Shown: piece after piece, positions 61,379-64,000 of the stretch
How the letters are laid out: every line of letters begins with the position of its first letter
Numbering within the stretch: position 1 is the first letter of the stretch
Assembly (NCBI GenBank): GCA_965248535.1
Contig: CBDFJR010000002.1
Span: forward strand, 2,208,001-2,272,000
From: Phormidesmis sp.
GTDB taxonomy: Bacteria; Cyanobacteriota; Cyanobacteriia; Leptolyngbyales; Leptolyngbyaceae
DNA length: 64,000 nt
Direction: 5' to 3'
Notes under the pieces: model-generated
The model's input: the letters and a program-made list of their open reading frames with translations, nothing else
What the model was told of the DNA's origin: nothing
Database searches by the model: none
Translations under genes and position numbers: made by a program

Positions 61379-62335
61379 ATGACCCGCTCCGCTTTAGAGT
61401 TGACCAAGCAGATTAAGCAAAAAGCCTTAGAGATTGGATTTCACAAAGTTGGGATCGCGATCGTGCCCATCCATTCAGCCGACGAAAAAGCGGCCGTTAC
61501 CGCCCTGCAAACTTGGCTTACCCAAAACCATCAGGCAGACATGGCGTGGATGGCTAACCCCAAACGACAAGATCTTCGATTGGTGATGCCCGACGTGCGA
61601 TCGCTGGTTTGCGTCGCCCTTAACTACTACACCGCCCACGATCGACCCCAAGGCGATGACTATGCCAAAATTTCTCGCTATGGCTGGGGGCGTGACTATC
61701 ACCGAATTTTGCACAAAAAACTCAAGGCCCTGTCTACCTGGCTAGAGTCTCAGGGTGACGACATTCGCGCCCGCTATTATGCCGACACGGGCCCCGTGCA
61801 AGATAAATTTTGGGCCCAGCAAGCAGGCATCGGCTGGATCGCCAAGAACAGCAATGTGATTACGCGAGACTATGGCTCATGGGTATTTTTGGGTCAAGTC
61901 TTGACCAATCTAGAACTCGTCGGCGATCGCCCCCATCTCTCTCACTGCGGCACCTGCACCCGCTGCCTTGATGCCTGCCCTACCGGAGCGATCACCCAGC
62001 CGTTTGTCGTCGATGCCAATCGCTGCATCGCCTATCACACGATCGAAAACCGAGCCGAGATGCTGCCCGAAACCATTACTCCCCATCTCCAAGGCTGGGT
62101 GGCTGGGTGCGATATCTGTCAGGATGTCTGCCCCTGGAACCAGCGATTTGCCCAAGAGAGTGATATCGCCGCTTTTCAGCCCTATCCTGATAACGTGGCT
62201 CCCAAACTCACCGAGCTAGCAGAGATGTCAGACGCAGACTACGATCGCCGCTTTCCAGCCTCTGCCCTGAGACGAATTAAACCCGCCATGCTGCGCCGCA
62301 ATGCCCGCTCAAACTTGAGAACAAACGTTGAATAG
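61379..62335 (+). CDS. queG: Epoxyqueuosine reductase
   Basis: SRYGWGRDYH, DTGPV, CGTCTRCLDACP, RCI.Y.TIE, GCDICQDVCPWN. Confidence 0.95.
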   Translation: MTRSALELTKQIKQKALEIGFHKVGIAIVPIHSADEKAAVTALQTWLTQNHQADMAWMANPKRQDLRLVMPDVRSLVCVALNYYTAHDRPQGDDYAKISRYGWGRDYHRILHKKLKALSTWLESQGDDIRARYYADTGPVQDKFWAQQAGIGWIAKNSNVITRDYGSWVFLGQVLTNLELVGDRPHLSHCGTCTRCLDACPTGAITQPFVVDANRCIAYHTIENRAEMLPETITPHLQGWVAGCDICQDVCPWNQRFAQESDIAAFQPYPDNVAPKLTELAEMSDADYDRRFPASALRRIKPAMLRRNARSNLRTNVE

Positions 62336-62408
62336 CGCGTCTTTGACGACTGGGGCATGATAGAGATATCCAACACCACCGTAGATTAAAGCTTGAGGAG
62401 AAAAACCA

Positions 62409-63398
62409 GTGGCTGCAACTGACTTTAAAGACTACTACGCACTGCTGGGCGTGACCAAGACTGCTAGCGCCGACGAAATTAAAAAAGCCTTTCGCAAATT
62501 GGCCCGCCAATATCACCCAGACATGAATCCGGGTGACAAGGCAGCAGAGGCGCGGTTTAAAGAAATCAACGAAGCCTATGAAGTCCTGTCTGACAGCGAT
62601 AAGCGGCAAAAATATGACCAATTTGGGCAATATTGGCAGCAGGCAGACCGAGCCGGGGCCCGAGGCGGACGATCGCCCTTTAGCACCAACGCCAGCCCTG
62701 GTTTTGATGAATTTGAATTTGGACGCTACGGCAGCTTTGATGAATTTGTCAATGATCTATTGGGGCGAGTCGGCACGGGCTATGGTCGCAGCGCTGACCC
62801 CTTTAGCGGTTATCGCACTCCAACGGGGGGTGGCTATGACGGCGCAGGCGCAGGCGTAAATTTGGATGTTGAAGCTCCGATCAAGCTGACATTTTCAGAA
62901 GCGTTTAATGGCGTGCAGAAGAAGTTAGGCATCGGCAGTGACACGATCGACGTGAGAATTCCGGCAGGGGCAAAGCCGGGCAGTCGCATTCGCATCAGAG
63001 GCAAGGGACGATTTAGCCCTCACTACACCAGTCAGCGCGGCGATCTCTATTTAATGGTCGAGTTGCTGCCCCATGCTTTCTTTCAGTTTGAGGGCGATAA
63101 CTTAGTGGGTGAGATCGCGATCGCGCCCGATGAAGCAGTTTTGGGGGGACAAATCGAGGTGCCTACCCCCGATGGCATGGTGATGGTCAACGTTCCGGCG
63201 GGGGTGCGATCGGGCCAAGCGCTGCGACTGCGCGGCAAAGGTTGGAAAAGTCCCAAAGGCGATCGGGGCGATCTGATGCTCAAACTTCTGATTGTGCCGC
63301 CTAAAGAATTAAGCGCGATCGAGCGAGAATCCTATGAGCAGATTCGCGATCATCGCAGTTACGATCCCCGCAGCAATCTCAAAGGCATCAAACTGTGA
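62409..63398 (+). CDS. DnaJ-class chaperone lacking the Zn finger (CbpA-like)
   Basis: [26 protein letters not shown] region, C-terminal RGDL domains. Confidence 0.92.
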   Translation: MAATDFKDYYALLGVTKTASADEIKKAFRKLARQYHPDMNPGDKAAEARFKEINEAYEVLSDSDKRQKYDQFGQYWQQADRAGARGGRSPFSTNASPGFDEFEFGRYGSFDEFVNDLLGRVGTGYGRSADPFSGYRTPTGGGYDGAGAGVNLDVEAPIKLTFSEAFNGVQKKLGIGSDTIDVRIPAGAKPGSRIRIRGKGRFSPHYTSQRGDLYLMVELLPHAFFQFEGDNLVGEIAIAPDEAVLGGQIEVPTPDGMVMVNVPAGVRSGQALRLRGKGWKSPKGDRGDLMLKLLIVPPKELSAIERESYEQIRDHRSYDPRSNLKGIKL

Positions 63399-63535
63399 AT
63401 AGACTCCGCCCTGACTGCTGATCTTGGCTGGGATCGCTCAACCCTACGCCCAAAGAAATTAGCCTAGTTAACTCACTAGCAGCAGGAACCTGATCTCAGT
63501 TTCTCCTAGACTTTCAGAAAGCTAGTAGTCTAGAT

Positions 63536-63554
63536 TATGAAAGAATAATGAAAG
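63536..63554 (+). promoter_or_regulatory. ManR-type direct-repeat operator upstream of mntH
   Basis: TATGAAAG-AAT-AATGAAAG, i.e. two (T/A)ATGA(G/A)A(A/G) repeats spaced by 3 nt, 11 nt before the ATG. Confidence 0.75.
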
Positions 63555-63565
63555 GGTTCTCACCT

Positions 63566-64000
63566 ATGACCGTTGATCGACCCAGTTTGCCAGAGGTGCA
63601 TCGCAGTATTGCCATCCCCAGTGCTCAAGGCTTTTGGCGCAAAATGCTGGCCTATGGCGGCCCTGGATACCTGGTTTCGGTAGGCTATATGGACCCTGGC
63701 AACTGGGCAACCGACATTGCCGGAGGCTCAAAGTTTGGCTACACGCTGCTGAGTGTCGTCCTGCTGTCAAATCTGATGGCTATTTTGCTGCAATCGCTCT
63801 GTGTGCGTCTAGGGGTCGCCACCGGGCGGGATCTGGCTCAAACTTGCCGAGACTCGTTTCCTCGGCGGGTTAATTTTGTGCTGTGGATCTTGTGCGAGAT
63901 CGCGATCGCCGCCTGTGATCTCGCAGAACTTTTAGGGAGCGCGATCGCGCTACAACTGCTGTTTGGGTTGCCGCTGATCGGGGGCGTTTGCCTCACGGCT
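63566..64000 (+). CDS. mntH: Nramp-family Mn2+ transporter (runs off the window)
   Basis: Manual translation [15 protein letters not shown]...[28 protein letters not shown]...[12 protein letters not shown]. Confidence 0.95.
   Translation, partial: MTVDRPSLPEVHRSIAIPSAQGFWRKMLAYGGPGYLVSVGYMDPGNWATDIAGGSKFGYTLLSVVLLSNLMAILLQSLCVRLGVATGRDLAQTCRDSFPRRVNFVLWILCEIAIAACDLAELLGSAIALQLLFGLPLIGGVCLTA

Noticed and set aside
63564..63873. ORF-track ORFs at the right edge
   Set aside because: They are shadows of mntH, which starts at 63566 in another frame.
1..64000. CRISPR array, tRNA, rRNA or known riboswitch
   Set aside because: By eye I found no regularly spaced repeats with spacers, no tRNA T-arm in cloverleaf context outside CDSs and no recognisable riboswitch; a covariance search could still find one.
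1..64000. Abundant GCGATCGC repeats as a novel element
   Set aside because: This is the well-known cyanobacterial HIP1 sequence.

Overview
A 64 kb chromosomal window from a cyanobacterium. The evidence is the very frequent HIP1 octamer GCGATCGC and the genes pex, ccb1-like, hik2, an OCP C-terminal-domain homologue, Uma2 and pentapeptide-repeat proteins. Most of it is housekeeping, signalling and metabolism: a Cache/GGDEF cyclase, several kinases and NarL regulators, hemC, glgP, ggt, cbiB, queG, a CbpA-like DnaJ, mntH, nrtP with a ClC, peroxiredoxins and an RhlE-type helicase. Accessory DNA is interspersed. It includes an intact-looking tnpB element, a ~400 bp non-coding IS200/IS605 derivative that keeps an omega-RNA-like right end, an IS4 remnant, three PIN toxin-antitoxin modules (two toxins carry lesions), an orphan SMI1/KNR4 gene and several gene remnants. 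The best candidate for an undescribed system is an AT-rich, HIP1-poor, tightly coupled gene pair at 55505-57179: a C-terminal J-domain (HPD) protein and a repeated-domain protein ending in an HNH-like nuclease. Other leads are a probably NtcA-controlled nrtP-ClC operon whose ClC has Pro at the putative selectivity position, structured leaders upstream of pex and rhlE, and a TraK-like HTH protein with a histone-H1-like tail. Several single-base frameshifts and one insertion-riddled duplicate suggest imperfect assembly polishing, so pseudogene calls are provisional. All family assignments come from motif recognition by eye; no searches were run.
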